Positions 26,793 to 37,400 of a DNA stretch of 45,796 bases are shown here, in pieces. This DNA is from Candidatus Daviesbacteria bacterium. Lineage in GTDB: Bacteria > Patescibacteriota > Microgenomatia > Daviesbacterales > UBA10151. The position numbers and the translations under genes were made by a program. The notes beneath the pieces are model-generated. The model did not search any database. It saw nothing but the letters and a program-made list of their open reading frames with translations, and had not been told where the DNA came from. The stretch's first letter is position 1. Each line of letters starts with the position of its first letter. The stretch spans positions 14,134-59,929 of the forward strand of contig DOWS01000012.1 in the NCBI GenBank assembly GCA_003519445.1, given 5' to 3'.

Positions 26793-28166
26793 ATGGAACA
26801 AAAACCGTCCTTTGCCTCGGTTTTGGGGAACCGGGGATTTTTAAATTTGTGGATCAACCAGATCCTGGTCCAGCTTTCTTATAACTCCTTAAATTTTGCT
26901 CTCATCATTTGGGTTTTTAAGCTGACTGATTCCAGCATGGCAGTGGCTGTGCTGCTGCTTGCGGTTTACCTGCCGGCAGTTTTACTGGGTTTATTTACCG
27001 GAGTGTTAGTGGATTTGATTGACCGTAAAAAGATTATTATGTTGATTGATTTTTTCCTCTGTCTTTCCTTTTTTAGCCTGATTTTCCTTAAAGACAGCTA
27101 CCCGGCTATTTTGGCTGTAGCTTTTTTTGTTAATGCCCTAGGCCAATTTTACGCTCCGGCAGAAGCATCAGCCATCCCCTTGATAGTCAAAAGACCACAG
27201 TTGTTAGTGGCCAATTCGTTTTTCTCCATCACTTTGTATTCCAGTTTCCTGCTGGGATTTGGTTTGGCCGGACCTTTTATTAACCATTTTGGCATAAATA
27301 TGGTTTTTGTCGCGGGAGGAATATTTTTGGGCTTGGCATTTTTCCTTGCTTTTACCTTTCCCTCAATCCGGGCTAAACCTGATGAACAAGGCAAAAAACT
27401 GGTTTTGGCTTTGAAAAAAAGAGATTACCACAAAATTTGGGAGGTTGGTTTATATGAGATGGTAGAAACAGCAAATTTAATCAGAGGAAAATTGCCTGTT
27501 GCGTCCTCAATTCTCATTTTGGCAGGAGTGCAGATGGTTATAGGGGTTTTGGCAGTACTTATGCCGGGACTTCTGGAGAAATCTTTGCATATTAAAGCTA
27601 CAGATGCTTCTTATGTTTTGGTTATCCCTTTGGGCCTTGGTATTATTTCAGGAGGATTAATTTTAAGCCGCATAGGATATCTTTTGGTACGGAGAAAACT
27701 GGTTGCAAAAGCAATTCTTTTTGGAGGATTGCTTTTTTTCCTGATCGGAATTGCTCCAATTATTTCTCCTGCCATAAAACATTTGCCCAGACCCATACCT
27801 TTGCCGTTTTTCTATCAGCCGCCGCTATCTGCTGTTGTAGCTTTTAGTTCGTTTTTATTGGGGTTGGTGATGGTATCTATTTTGGTGCCGTCTCAAACAG
27901 TTTTACAGGAAAATACGCCGGCAGGCGGCAGGGGAAAAGTTTTTTCGGTTTTGGGAGTAATCATGGCAGGACTGTCTTTGATACCTGTTTTGCTGTCAGG
28001 TATTCTGGCTGATATTTTTGGGACAGCGCCGATTTTTATAGCATTAGGGGTTGTCATATTACTGGTGGGACTGTTTGGACTTAAACCAAGTTTGTTTTTT
28101 CCAGGTAAAAGCCTATCTTTTAAAGTAAGGGAATTTTTAGGATTAGGGCATTGGGAAGGGAAGTAG
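26793..28166 (+). CDS. MFS transporter (DHA3-like)
   Basis: About 12 TM; GVLVDLIDRKK motif A; RGKVF. Confidence 0.9.
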   Translation: MEQKPSFASVLGNRGFLNLWINQILVQLSYNSLNFALIIWVFKLTDSSMAVAVLLLAVYLPAVLLGLFTGVLVDLIDRKKIIMLIDFFLCLSFFSLIFLKDSYPAILAVAFFVNALGQFYAPAEASAIPLIVKRPQLLVANSFFSITLYSSFLLGFGLAGPFINHFGINMVFVAGGIFLGLAFFLAFTFPSIRAKPDEQGKKLVLALKKRDYHKIWEVGLYEMVETANLIRGKLPVASSILILAGVQMVIGVLAVLMPGLLEKSLHIKATDASYVLVIPLGLGIISGGLILSRIGYLLVRRKLVAKAILFGGLLFFLIGIAPIISPAIKHLPRPIPLPFFYQPPLSAVVAFSSFLLGLVMVSILVPSQTVLQENTPAGGRGKVFSVLGVIMAGLSLIPVLLSGILADIFGTAPIFIALGVVILLVGLFGLKPSLFFPGKSLSFKVREFLGLGHWEGK

Positions 28167-29207
28167 ATGTTTCTCAAGCAACTAAATTTAATTAATTTCA
28201 GGAATTACGGAAAACTAGATTTACAGTTTGACGAGCGTCCCACCATTTTTGTAGGCAATAATGCTGCTGGAAAATCCAACCTGTTGGAAGCGGTCTATTT
28301 TTTATCAACCACTAAATCAGGCAGGGTAGATGAAGAAACGGAACTCATTAAGCAAGGAGAAAATGCGGCCTTAGTCACAGGATTGATTCAGGAAACTAAA
28401 TTAGAAATAAATATGCAAATGATAGATGAAAAATTGCATAAAAGAGTCAAAGTTAATGGGGTACCACGCAGGGTGGTGGATTATATTGGTAATTTGCCGG
28501 TGGTACTATTTTCTCCTTCAGATATCAATATGGTCACAGGCAGTCCAAGTCTGCGGAGATGGCATCTGGATTTAAGTTTAGCCCAAGTTGATTCCCATTA
28601 TAAGAAATCTTTAACTCTGTATGAACAGGTTTTAGTAAGCAGGAATAGGGTTTTAAAAAGAATCAGGGAAGGGCAGGGAAAAGTTGATGAGTTGGACTAT
28701 TGGACAAATGAGCTGATTAAATATGCCAAAGTAGTATCAGACGCTAGAATTGCTTTTCTGGAATCAATGAATAATTTTGAGAGTCCTTTGGGTAAATTCA
28801 TTTTTGAGTATAAGCAGAGTTTATTAAATAAAGAGAGATTAGCAGAATATAATGGTAGGGAAGTGGCTGCTGCAGTAACCCTAATTGGTCCTCATCGAGA
28901 TGATTTTGTACTCAATCTGAATAATCGAAATTTGGCTTATTTTGGTTCCCGAGGTGAACAGAGAACAGCCACTTTGGCTTTTAAGCTGGCTACTTTGGAA
29001 TATATGGCTCTCTCATTGGGCAAAAGGCCGATTTTACTGCTGGATGATGTTTTTTCAGAGCTGGATGCTAACCACAGGGCTCATGTGGTGGAGGTAGTCT
29101 CCCGCCAACAAACCATTATTGCCACAGTGGAACTGGAAAACCTCCCCAAATCTTTCCTAAATTCCTCCAGGATTTTAAGGGTGGAGGAGGGAGTTGTAAG
29201 GCTATAG
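28167..29207 (+). CDS. recF: DNA replication/repair protein RecF
   Basis: NFRNY, GNNAAGKSN, GPHRDD, SRGEQR, LLLDDVFSELD. Confidence 0.97.
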   Translation: MFLKQLNLINFRNYGKLDLQFDERPTIFVGNNAAGKSNLLEAVYFLSTTKSGRVDEETELIKQGENAALVTGLIQETKLEINMQMIDEKLHKRVKVNGVPRRVVDYIGNLPVVLFSPSDINMVTGSPSLRRWHLDLSLAQVDSHYKKSLTLYEQVLVSRNRVLKRIREGQGKVDELDYWTNELIKYAKVVSDARIAFLESMNNFESPLGKFIFEYKQSLLNKERLAEYNGREVAAAVTLIGPHRDDFVLNLNNRNLAYFGSRGEQRTATLAFKLATLEYMALSLGKRPILLLDDVFSELDANHRAHVVEVVSRQQTIIATVELENLPKSFLNSSRILRVEEGVVRL

Positions 29208-29229
29208 GATTATTGATATAATTAAAATC

Positions 29230-29982
29230 ATGATTGTTTTGGAACTAGAGCAACAAAGATTTATTAGAGTTGGTGCTGCTCAGGTGGAGCAGGTAGATGA
29301 TCCGGAAAAAAACTTGGGGACTATAGTGGGGATGATGAAAATTTGGACCCCTTATGCGGATATCCTGTGTTTTCCGGAAATTTCCTTGTCGGGTCAAGCC
29401 AAAGACCGAGATTTAACAGATCTTCATGAAGAAATTAAAAGACAAGCCAGAAACACTAATCTATGGGTGGTTTACGGGGCTTATACCAGACGGGGTGATC
29501 AAATTTTTAATGAGGCCTACATTGTTGATAATAAGGGGAGTCTTCGTTTAACCTGTCAAAAGCAAAATCCATGGAGGGATGAGAAAGGGGTTACAGCCGG
29601 CAGCGAATCATCAGTAATTCACACCGAATTGGGTAATTTGGGAGTGGTGATTTGCTGGGATCTGGCCAGACCGGAAAATTTAAGAAGATTAGTTGCCCAA
29701 GGAGCGGAAATTGTTTTTTGTCCGTCTTATTGGTATGTCGGGAGGGAATTTGACGCCACTGATGTTATTGATAAATTGCCTTCAGCTACTGCTTTTCAAA
29801 ATCAAGTTTATCTTGTGTATTGCGATGCCTACACTCAAAATGGAGAAACAGCCGGTTTAAGTAAGATTTGCTCACCCACATATGTACTGGTAGCTGCCAG
29901 ACCAGACAGAGAAGAAACCATTACTGCTAGGCTGGATCGGGAAAAACTTTGGCAAAGCAGAAAAATCTTTGACTGCTGGTAA
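29230..29982 (+). CDS. Carbon-nitrogen hydrolase (nitrilase family)
   Basis: FPE, K, ICWD catalytic triad pattern. Confidence 0.88.
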   Translation: MIVLELEQQRFIRVGAAQVEQVDDPEKNLGTIVGMMKIWTPYADILCFPEISLSGQAKDRDLTDLHEEIKRQARNTNLWVVYGAYTRRGDQIFNEAYIVDNKGSLRLTCQKQNPWRDEKGVTAGSESSVIHTELGNLGVVICWDLARPENLRRLVAQGAEIVFCPSYWYVGREFDATDVIDKLPSATAFQNQVYLVYCDAYTQNGETAGLSKICSPTYVLVAARPDREETITARLDREKLWQSRKIFDCW

Positions 29983-30074
29983 GTTTAACCTGAAGTGGTC
30001 TGCCTACACAACTTGTTGATTTTTCCAAGGTAAAGGTTTATATTGACAATTAGCTTTCTAAGCTAAGGAGGTAT

Positions 30075-31640
30075 ATGGAAAGAGCTCGCGATGGGGGACG
30101 CGAGCGGGCAATCATTACAACAGGGGGAACAAGAGAACCTGTTGATGATGTCCGCTTTATCACTAATTTTGCGACTGGAAAGTTCGGGTATGAGATAGCC
30201 AGACAAATGGTTGCCCATGGCTATAATGTGACTGTTTTATGCCCAAGGGAGGTACCAGCCCTTGCAGGCTTAGAACTTCCTGGAGTTAAACATGTAAACT
30301 TCACAAACGCTAAAAGCTTACAACAGGCATTACTTGGGCAGGAAGCCCCGGACATCATCTTTCATGCTGCAGCGGTGGCTGATTTTAGACCAAAAGAGGT
30401 TGCTCGTGGAAAAATTCCTTCTTCAGAAGAGGAGATCACCATAACTTTAGTAAGAAATCCCAAAATTCTCGACGAGCTACGCGGCAGATTCGGGCAGACT
30501 GCGTTTCTAATTGGTTTTAAACTTTTATCTGGAGTTTCTCATGGGGAACTTGTTGGAGCAGCGCTAGAGCAAAATAGAAGGGCCCATCTGAATCTTACGG
30601 TTGCTAATGATTTACATGAGCTAACAGGCGGATTTCATCCAGTTGTTTTAGTAACCGCCGAAGGAGGGGCTATCGATTTGATGGGAAGACGGGAAGAAGT
30701 TGCCGCTAATCTTGTCGAATTTGTCAAAAAAAGATCAAGAGTTACTTGGTACCATACTGAAGCAGATTCACATTTGCCAGAACCACCGGAGGAAGAGCAG
30801 AAAAGATTTGCTGCGTTGCTTCAATTTGCCCAAAAGTCGCACCTTTTATATGATACATCGGGTAATGTCTCTCTAAGATTTGGGGATTTTATGATTGTTA
30901 CTCCAAGGCAAGTGGATAAAAGTGTGGCGGAGTCGGAAGAAGCCTGCGTTGCATGTGCAGATCAGAGCAATAATGTTGTTTTCTATAGAGGAGGATTTAA
31001 ATCGTCTATCGATACTGGTGTTAATGATGCTTTATATTGTCAATTTCCTAGGATAAAAGCTATGCTGCATTTTCATAATCCTTGGGGTTTAGCTTTAAAT
31101 GTGACATCTTTTCCTTATCCTTGCGGAGTGAAAGAAGAGGCGCAGGAAATTCAAAGACAACTTGGTGACAATCGGGACAGAGATAATTTTGCTGTCGAAT
31201 TATTACACCACGGTTTTCTTTTAGGTTTGTCGGAAGCTGGTTTAGAACGACTTCAAGATGGGTGGGACCACGCAGTTGGAGAATTTAGGGATCATTTGGC
31301 TGCTGTCAACCAACAAGCATCTTTTGAGCCGGCAAAATTAAAACCAGTCTTTTGGGATACTGAAATCGTTGGTGTGGTAATGGAAAATCCGGATGGTGGT
31401 GTTGTTTATCTTAGAGAAAACGCAAGAGGTAAGGGCGTAGGCAGAAAGGTGGCGGAACAATTAATCGAGCGGCGATTACCTGTTAAAACAATGGATGAAT
31501 GCAATGTAGTTGAGTTTTATACGAGATTTGGATTTACCGGAGAAAAAGATTCACAGACCGGTCTCTATACTTTGTATCCTCCAAGGATCACCAGTTCCGA
31601 CCAGCTTTTTAATAGAATTTCTGAGTGGAGAGTTAAATAA
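30075..31640 (+). CDS. Fusion: CoaB-like ligase + class II aldolase-like + GNAT-like
   Basis: TTGGTREPVDDVRFITNFATG, AAAVADF, GFKL, VAND; SGNVSLR...HFH...HHG; RGKGVG...FYTRFGF. Confidence 0.75.
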   Translation: MERARDGGRERAIITTGGTREPVDDVRFITNFATGKFGYEIARQMVAHGYNVTVLCPREVPALAGLELPGVKHVNFTNAKSLQQALLGQEAPDIIFHAAAVADFRPKEVARGKIPSSEEEITITLVRNPKILDELRGRFGQTAFLIGFKLLSGVSHGELVGAALEQNRRAHLNLTVANDLHELTGGFHPVVLVTAEGGAIDLMGRREEVAANLVEFVKKRSRVTWYHTEADSHLPEPPEEEQKRFAALLQFAQKSHLLYDTSGNVSLRFGDFMIVTPRQVDKSVAESEEACVACADQSNNVVFYRGGFKSSIDTGVNDALYCQFPRIKAMLHFHNPWGLALNVTSFPYPCGVKEEAQEIQRQLGDNRDRDNFAVELLHHGFLLGLSEAGLERLQDGWDHAVGEFRDHLAAVNQQASFEPAKLKPVFWDTEIVGVVMENPDGGVVYLRENARGKGVGRKVAEQLIERRLPVKTMDECNVVEFYTRFGFTGEKDSQTGLYTLYPPRITSSDQLFNRISEWRVK

Positions 31641-31732
31641 TAGCTACAGTAGAACTGGAAAACCTCCCCAAATCTTTCCTAAATTCCTCCAGGATTTTAA
31701 GAGTAGAAGAAGGAGAGGTTAAAGAAACATAA
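31640..31732 (+). repeat. Displaced recF 3'-end copy
   Basis: 31652-31701 identical to 29130-29179 (50 bp); IATVELENLPKSFLNSSRILRVEEGEVKET*. Confidence 0.97.
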
Positions 31733-31774
31733 CATTATTGACACGGCCGCTGAATTAATGTTAGGTGACTTGGT

Positions 31775-31873
31775 TCACCGCTTTTTTCTTTGCAGCATGG
31801 TAGGGAGGGCCATGAGGACAATAGTAAGAGCGAAAATTGCCAATATTAAATATACAAGTAATGTATTATCCAT
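31775..31873 (-). CDS. 32-aa single-TM peptide
   Basis: MDNTLLVYLILAIFALTIVLMALPTMLQRKKR. Confidence 0.55.
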   Translation of the reverse strand: MDNTLLVYLILAIFALTIVLMALPTMLQRKKR

Positions 31874-31874
31874 G

Positions 31875-32063
31875 TTATCTCCTAAACCATAGGCTAATTA
31901 GCCAAAAAATAATTGATGCTACTGAACCTAATAATATCTTAGTTAGGTTAAATTTGTCAAGCGCTGCTGGTAATATTACAGAGGCTACAGCTACTAAAGC
32001 CAAATCAGATGCTATATCAGAAAGCTTATCTAATTGTTTTTTGTTAAGTTTTGCAATCCTCAT
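31875..32063 (-). CDS. 62-aa two-TM protein
   Basis: QLDKLSDIASDLAL + two TM. Confidence 0.65.
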   Translation of the reverse strand: MRIAKLNKKQLDKLSDIASDLALVAVASVILPAALDKFNLTKILLGSVASIIFWLISLWFRR

Positions 32064-32329
32064 TTTTTAACTCCCCAACGGGAGGCGAGACGGGAGAGTT
32101 CGTAGGTGATGAAAACAGCAAAAGCGGTGATGATTAAAGCATAGATCAATTTGGAAATGGCTCCTGACTGGTCAGGAAAAATAGTTTGAATATATTCTTT
32201 AACAAAAGTTTGTATAGCTTCGTTCCAGGCTAAAGCTGCCACCAGACCAAAACCCGAGGTGGATAAAGTTACCAGTTGCTGAATTAGTTCTTTGTGGAAA
32301 GACCGTTCTTCCTCTTTTTTAGTTGCCAT
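32060..32329 (-). CDS. Small membrane protein (DUF5654-like)
   Basis: TSGFGLVAALAWNEAIQ motif. Confidence 0.75.
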   Translation of the reverse strand: MATKKEEERSFHKELIQQLVTLSTSGFGLVAALAWNEAIQTFVKEYIQTIFPDQSGAISKLIYALIITAFAVFITYELSRLASRWGVKK

Positions 32330-32330
32330 A

Positions 32331-32441
32331 TTGACATTTTACATAAATAATTTTAAACTAGCAAATAATTTATGTTAAGACTGGTTAAGATTTATCAGTT
32401 AAATAGAATTTGAAATTCCGCCTGTGAGGCGGATTTTTTTT
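32331..32441 (+). promoter_or_regulatory. pyr operon promoter, 13-codon leader ORF and attenuator-terminator
   Basis: TTGACA 32331, TAAACT 32354; leader ORF 32372-32413; TCCGCCT-GTG-AGGCGGA-T8 at 32417-32441. Confidence 0.7.
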
Positions 32442-32447
32442 GAAAAA

Positions 32448-33404
32448 ATGTATAACTTTAAAGGACGGGACATAATAGATATTAATGATTTTTCCAAAGA
32501 GGAATTGCTTTTTATTTTAAAAACAGCCAAAAAATTTGATCCGCAGTATGTTAAAAGAGATAGATCCAACTATACAATAGCCCAAGGTAAAATCGCGGCG
32601 TTACTTTTTTTTGAACCATCCACCCGGACAGAACAATCTTTTAAATCGGCAGCTCAAAAAATAGGCATGGGCATTATTGGTTTTGACGACCCGGAAGCCA
32701 CCAGTATTCATAAGGGAGAATCTTTTTCCGATACTGTGAGAATTATGAATTCATATGCGGATGTTTTGGTAATGAGGCATCCTGAATCAGGCGCTGCCAA
32801 AAAAGCAGCAGATGTGGCAGATATTCCGGTGATTAATGCCGGTGACGGGGCTAACCAGCATCCTACTCAGACTATGTTGGATCTTTATACCATAATGAAG
32901 GAAGCTGGGCATTTGGACGGGATTACTGTTGCTCTGATGGGGGATTTAAAATATGGCCGGACAGTTCATGCGCTATCTTTGGCCTTATCGCATTTTAAAG
33001 TCAAGCAAATTTTTATTTCTCACTCCACACTTTCGATGCCTGATGAATTTTTGCAGATTCTGGATCAAAGGAAGGTAATCTATGAGCAATTTGATCATCT
33101 GCCTGATAATTTGCAGGCTGATTTTCTCTATCAAACAAGAGTGCAAAAAGAAAGATTTAAAGATCTAAATGAGTACAAAAAAGTAAAAGACAAATTTATC
33201 TTGGATGCTTCTTTTAAAAAATATTTGGACAAAGGAGTGAAATTAATGCATCCTTTACCCCGTATCAACGAGGTTGATCCAAGTTTGGATTCTCATCCCA
33301 ATGCTATTTATTTTTCTCAAGCCAGAAACGGGTTGTATATTAGGGAAGCCTTGCTGGGATTGGTATTGGGAAGAATTGACCCGCCTGTGGCGAGGTCATC
33401 CTGA
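32448..33404 (+). CDS. pyrB: Aspartate carbamoyltransferase
   Basis: FFEPSTRT, HPTQ, GDLKYGRTVH, RVQKER, MHPLPR; ATG 32448. Confidence 0.97.
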   Translation: MYNFKGRDIIDINDFSKEELLFILKTAKKFDPQYVKRDRSNYTIAQGKIAALLFFEPSTRTEQSFKSAAQKIGMGIIGFDDPEATSIHKGESFSDTVRIMNSYADVLVMRHPESGAAKKAADVADIPVINAGDGANQHPTQTMLDLYTIMKEAGHLDGITVALMGDLKYGRTVHALSLALSHFKVKQIFISHSTLSMPDEFLQILDQRKVIYEQFDHLPDNLQADFLYQTRVQKERFKDLNEYKKVKDKFILDASFKKYLDKGVKLMHPLPRINEVDPSLDSHPNAIYFSQARNGLYIREALLGLVLGRIDPPVARSS

Positions 33405-33426
33405 GGAGTGAAGCGACGAAGGATCT
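33378..33426. repeat. REP-like double hairpin at pyrB/carA junction
   Basis: GACCCGCC-TGT-GGCGAGGTC followed by ATCCT...AGGAT; GC-rich in AT-rich context. Confidence 0.5.
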
Positions 33427-33431
33427 CTATT

Positions 33432-34487
33432 ATGACAGGTAAACTGATTCTGTCCGATGGGACAGTTTTTTTAGGACAAAGTTTTGGGGCTGCTTTTTCC
33501 ACCTCGGGGGAGGTGGTTTTTAATACCGGCATGGTAGGGTATCCTGAATCGCTAACAGATCCTTCTTACTACGGCCAGATCCTGGTGTTGACTTACCCGC
33601 TGCAGGGAAATTACGGAGTGCCCCAAAAGCGCTTTTGGGAGTCGGAAAGAATTCAAGTTAAAGGTTTGATTGTGCAAAATTATCTTGATAATCCATCCCA
33701 TTTTGAAAGCCAAAAAACTTTGGGTCAGTGGTTAAAAGAAGAAGGAGTACCTGCGTTACAAGGGATAGATACTAGAGCGCTGACCATTAAATTACGGGAG
33801 CATGGGGTGATGCTTGGTAGAGTAGAAGTTAAAAGTCAAAAGTTAAAAGTCAAAAGTAGCGGGATTTATGATCCAAATTCGGAAAATCTTTTGCCTTATG
33901 TAAGTACTGACAAAGTACTGACATATGGGCATGGGAATAAGCATATTATTCTAATTGATTGTGGAGTTAAGGAAAATATTATCAGAAGTTTCGTTAAAAG
34001 AGGTGTACGGGTAACACGGATGCCGTGGGATTCTGACCCGTTACAGGCAAAATTTGATTTTGACGGGATATTTATTTCAAATGGACCCGGTGATCCAAAA
34101 CAAGCAAAGCAAACTATTCAGAATGTTAAGGTTTTGCTTGACAAAAATATTCCCACTTTTGGCATTTGTCTGGGAAGCCAGATTTTGGCTTTGGCTGCAG
34201 GTGGAAATACTTACAAATTAAAATTCGGCCACAGAGGCCAGAATCAACCAGTACTAGATCAAAATAGCAAAAAAGCCATTATTACATCTCAAAATCATGG
34301 CTTTGCTGTTGATATGAAAAGTTTGGGTTCTGATTGGAAAGATTGGTTTGTGAATTTAAATGATGGGACAAATGAGGGCATAAGACACAGAAGCAAGCCT
34401 TTTATGGCAGTACAATTTCATCCTGAAGCCAGTCCGGGACCAACAGATGCAAGTTATTTGTTTGATGAATTTTTGGATTATTTATGA
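33432..34487 (+). CDS. carA: Carbamoyl-phosphate synthase small subunit
   Basis: GEVVFNTGMVGY, SNGPGDP, GICLG, QFHPEA. Confidence 0.97.
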   Translation: MTGKLILSDGTVFLGQSFGAAFSTSGEVVFNTGMVGYPESLTDPSYYGQILVLTYPLQGNYGVPQKRFWESERIQVKGLIVQNYLDNPSHFESQKTLGQWLKEEGVPALQGIDTRALTIKLREHGVMLGRVEVKSQKLKVKSSGIYDPNSENLLPYVSTDKVLTYGHGNKHIILIDCGVKENIIRSFVKRGVRVTRMPWDSDPLQAKFDFDGIFISNGPGDPKQAKQTIQNVKVLLDKNIPTFGICLGSQILALAAGGNTYKLKFGHRGQNQPVLDQNSKKAIITSQNHGFAVDMKSLGSDWKDWFVNLNDGTNEGIRHRSKPFMAVQFHPEASPGPTDASYLFDEFLDYL

Positions 34488-37400
34488 AAAAAGTTTTAGT
34501 TTTAGGATCAGGCGCTTTGAAAATAGGTGAGGCCGGAGAGTTTGATTACTCCGGTTCACAAGCCTTAAAAGCCTTAAAAGAAGACCTGCCTGTCGGCAGG
34601 CAGGAAATTCAGGCTGTTTTAATTAATCCCAACATTGCGACTATTCAAACCTCAAAAGATTTGGCAGAAAAAATTTATTTTTTGCCTGTTACTCCGTATT
34701 TTGTTGAACAAGTAATTAAAAAAGAGCGCCCTGATGGAATTTTTTTAAGCTTTGGAGGTCAAACAGCCTTAAATTGCGGTTTGGAACTTGAAAAATCAGG
34801 AATATTTAAAAAATATAAGGTGGTGGTTTTGGGAACAAGCGTTAAAACAATTCAGATCACAGAAGACAGGGAACTTTTTGCTAATAGTTTGGATAAAATT
34901 AGTATTAAAACTCCCAAAGGTGGTTTTGCTAAAACTGCTAAAGAGGCAGAAAAAATTGCCTTAAAGTTAGGTTTTCCCCTACTTATCAGGTCTGGTTTTT
35001 CTCTTGGAGGATTAGGTTCAGGAGTAGTTAGCAATATTGAAGAACTAAATAAGATGGCAGAGAACGCGTTAAAGCATGCTCCGCAAATAGCTGTTGAAGA
35101 ATATCTTAAACACTGGAAAGAAATTGAATATGAAGTTGTCAGAGACAAAAGTAGCAATAAAATTACTGTCTGCAATATGGAAAATATGGATCCTTTGGGA
35201 ATTCATACAGGTGAAAGTATTGTGGTGGCGCCTTCCCAAACTTTAAATAATTATCAATATCACATGCTGCGTAAGATTTCTTTGCAGGTGATTGAGCATT
35301 TGGGGATTGTGGGGGAGTGTAATATCCAGTTTGCCTTAAATCCTAAAAATAACGATTACCGGGTGATAGAGGTTAATGCCAGATTATCCCGATCTTCGGC
35401 TCTTGCTTCCAAAGCTACCGGTTATCCGCTGGCTTACATTGCTGCCAAACTGGCTTTGGGTTATACCCTACCTGAACTTAAAAATTCCGTGACTAAATCC
35501 ACCAGCGCTTTTTTTGAACCAAGCCTTGATTATCTGGTAGTGAAAATCCCCCGATGGGATTTGCAAAAATTTGCAGGAGGCAAAGACGAAATTGGTTCGG
35601 AAATGAAAAGTGTGGGTGAGGTAATGGCAATAGGTAGGAGTTTTCCCGAAGCTTTGCAAAAAGCCATCAGGATGCTGGAAACCGGTCAAGATGGACTGCT
35701 GGGGAATGAGATAGATGAGACGAAACTTTTGCCAACCACAGAGAGACTATTTGTGATTGCTCAAAGATTCTCCAAAGGGGAGTTGGTTGAGAGTATTTAT
35801 AAAGCCACAGGTATTGATCCCTGGTTTTTGCATCAGATCAAGGAGATGATTGAGTTTGAAGGTAGCTTGCAGTCTTCAGCTTTCAGCTATCAGACTATCG
35901 CAAAAGCTAAAAAATTGGGGTTTTCAGATAAACTTTTGGCTAAAGCACTCAAGAAATCAGAAGATGAAATTAGAAAGTTTAGAAAAAAGCAGGGGATTTT
36001 GCCCAAAGTTAAACACATTGATACTTTAGCAGGGGAATTTCCGGCCAGGACTAATTATTTGTATTTGACATACCATGGGGAAGAGTCAGAGAGTCAAAGA
36101 GTCAGAGAGTCAAAGAAGAAAAAAGCAATAGTTTTGGGATCGGGGCCCTACAGGATTGGATCTTCTGTGGAATTTGACTGGTGTTCGGTGACTGCTGCCA
36201 AAACTTTAAGGGCAGAGGGTTTGGAAACTATTATTATAAATTGCAATCCGGAAACTGTTTCCACTGATTATGACTCTGCAGATAAGTTATATTTTGAGGA
36301 ACTGACTTTTGAAAGGGTAAGTGATATTTATGAGATAGAGGAATCAGCCAGTTTAGTTTTGGGCTTTGGCGGCCAGACTCCCAATAACCTGGCCATGAGT
36401 TGTTTTAAGGCAGGATATAAGACTTTGGGGACTTTGCCGGAAAGTATTGATAGAGCAGAAAACAGGCACAAATTTTCCAACATTCTGGATAAATTAAATA
36501 TTGATCAGCCTCGCTGGCAAAATGTCAGAAATACCAAAGAGGCAACTGCATTTGCCAAAAAAATCAATTATCCGGTTTTAATAAGGCCTTCGTATGTTCT
36601 TTCAGGTTCGGCCATGAATGTGGCTTTTAGCCTATCAGAACTTAAAAAATACTTAAAACAGGCCAGTGATGTCTCGAGCGTACATCCGGTGGTAATTTCC
36701 AAATTTGTGGAAGGGGCTAAAGAAATCGAGATAGACGGGGTGGGACAAAAGGGTGAGCTTTTGATCTATGCCATATCCGAACATGTTGAAAACGCCGGAG
36801 TGCATTCGGGTGATGCCACGATTGTCCTGCCGCCCCAGAGGCTATTCCTCCAAACAATCAGGCAAATCAAAGACGCCACCAAAAAAATTCTCAAGGAGCT
36901 AAAAATCAGCGGGCCTTTTAACATTCAATTTTTGGCCAAAGATAACAGGATTTCAGTGATAGAACTTAATCTTCGCGCCTCCCGCTCTTTCCCGTTTGTT
37001 TCCAAAGTCACAGGTTATAATTTTGTGGAAATGGCTACCAAAGTGATGTTGGGAGAAAAGTTAGCAGGCGATTTTAAAACTCTTGATCTGGATTATGTAG
37101 GGGTCAAGGCTCCCCAGTTTTCTTTTAGTAGAATCAAAGGAGCAGATCCAAGATTGCGGGTTGAGATGTCTTCCACTGGAGAAGTGGCCTGCTTTGGCGA
37201 TGATCTGCAGGAAGCCTATTTAAAAGCGCTTTTGTCTGTTGGATTTAAATTACCCAAAAAATCAGTATATTTGAGTTTGGGTGGTGAAAAAAATAAACTG
37301 GAATTTATTCCGTTTGCCAAAATTTTATCTGAAATGGGCTTAATAATTTATGCTACAGAACATACTTCAAAAGTTTTGAAAAAACATGGCATAAAAAATA

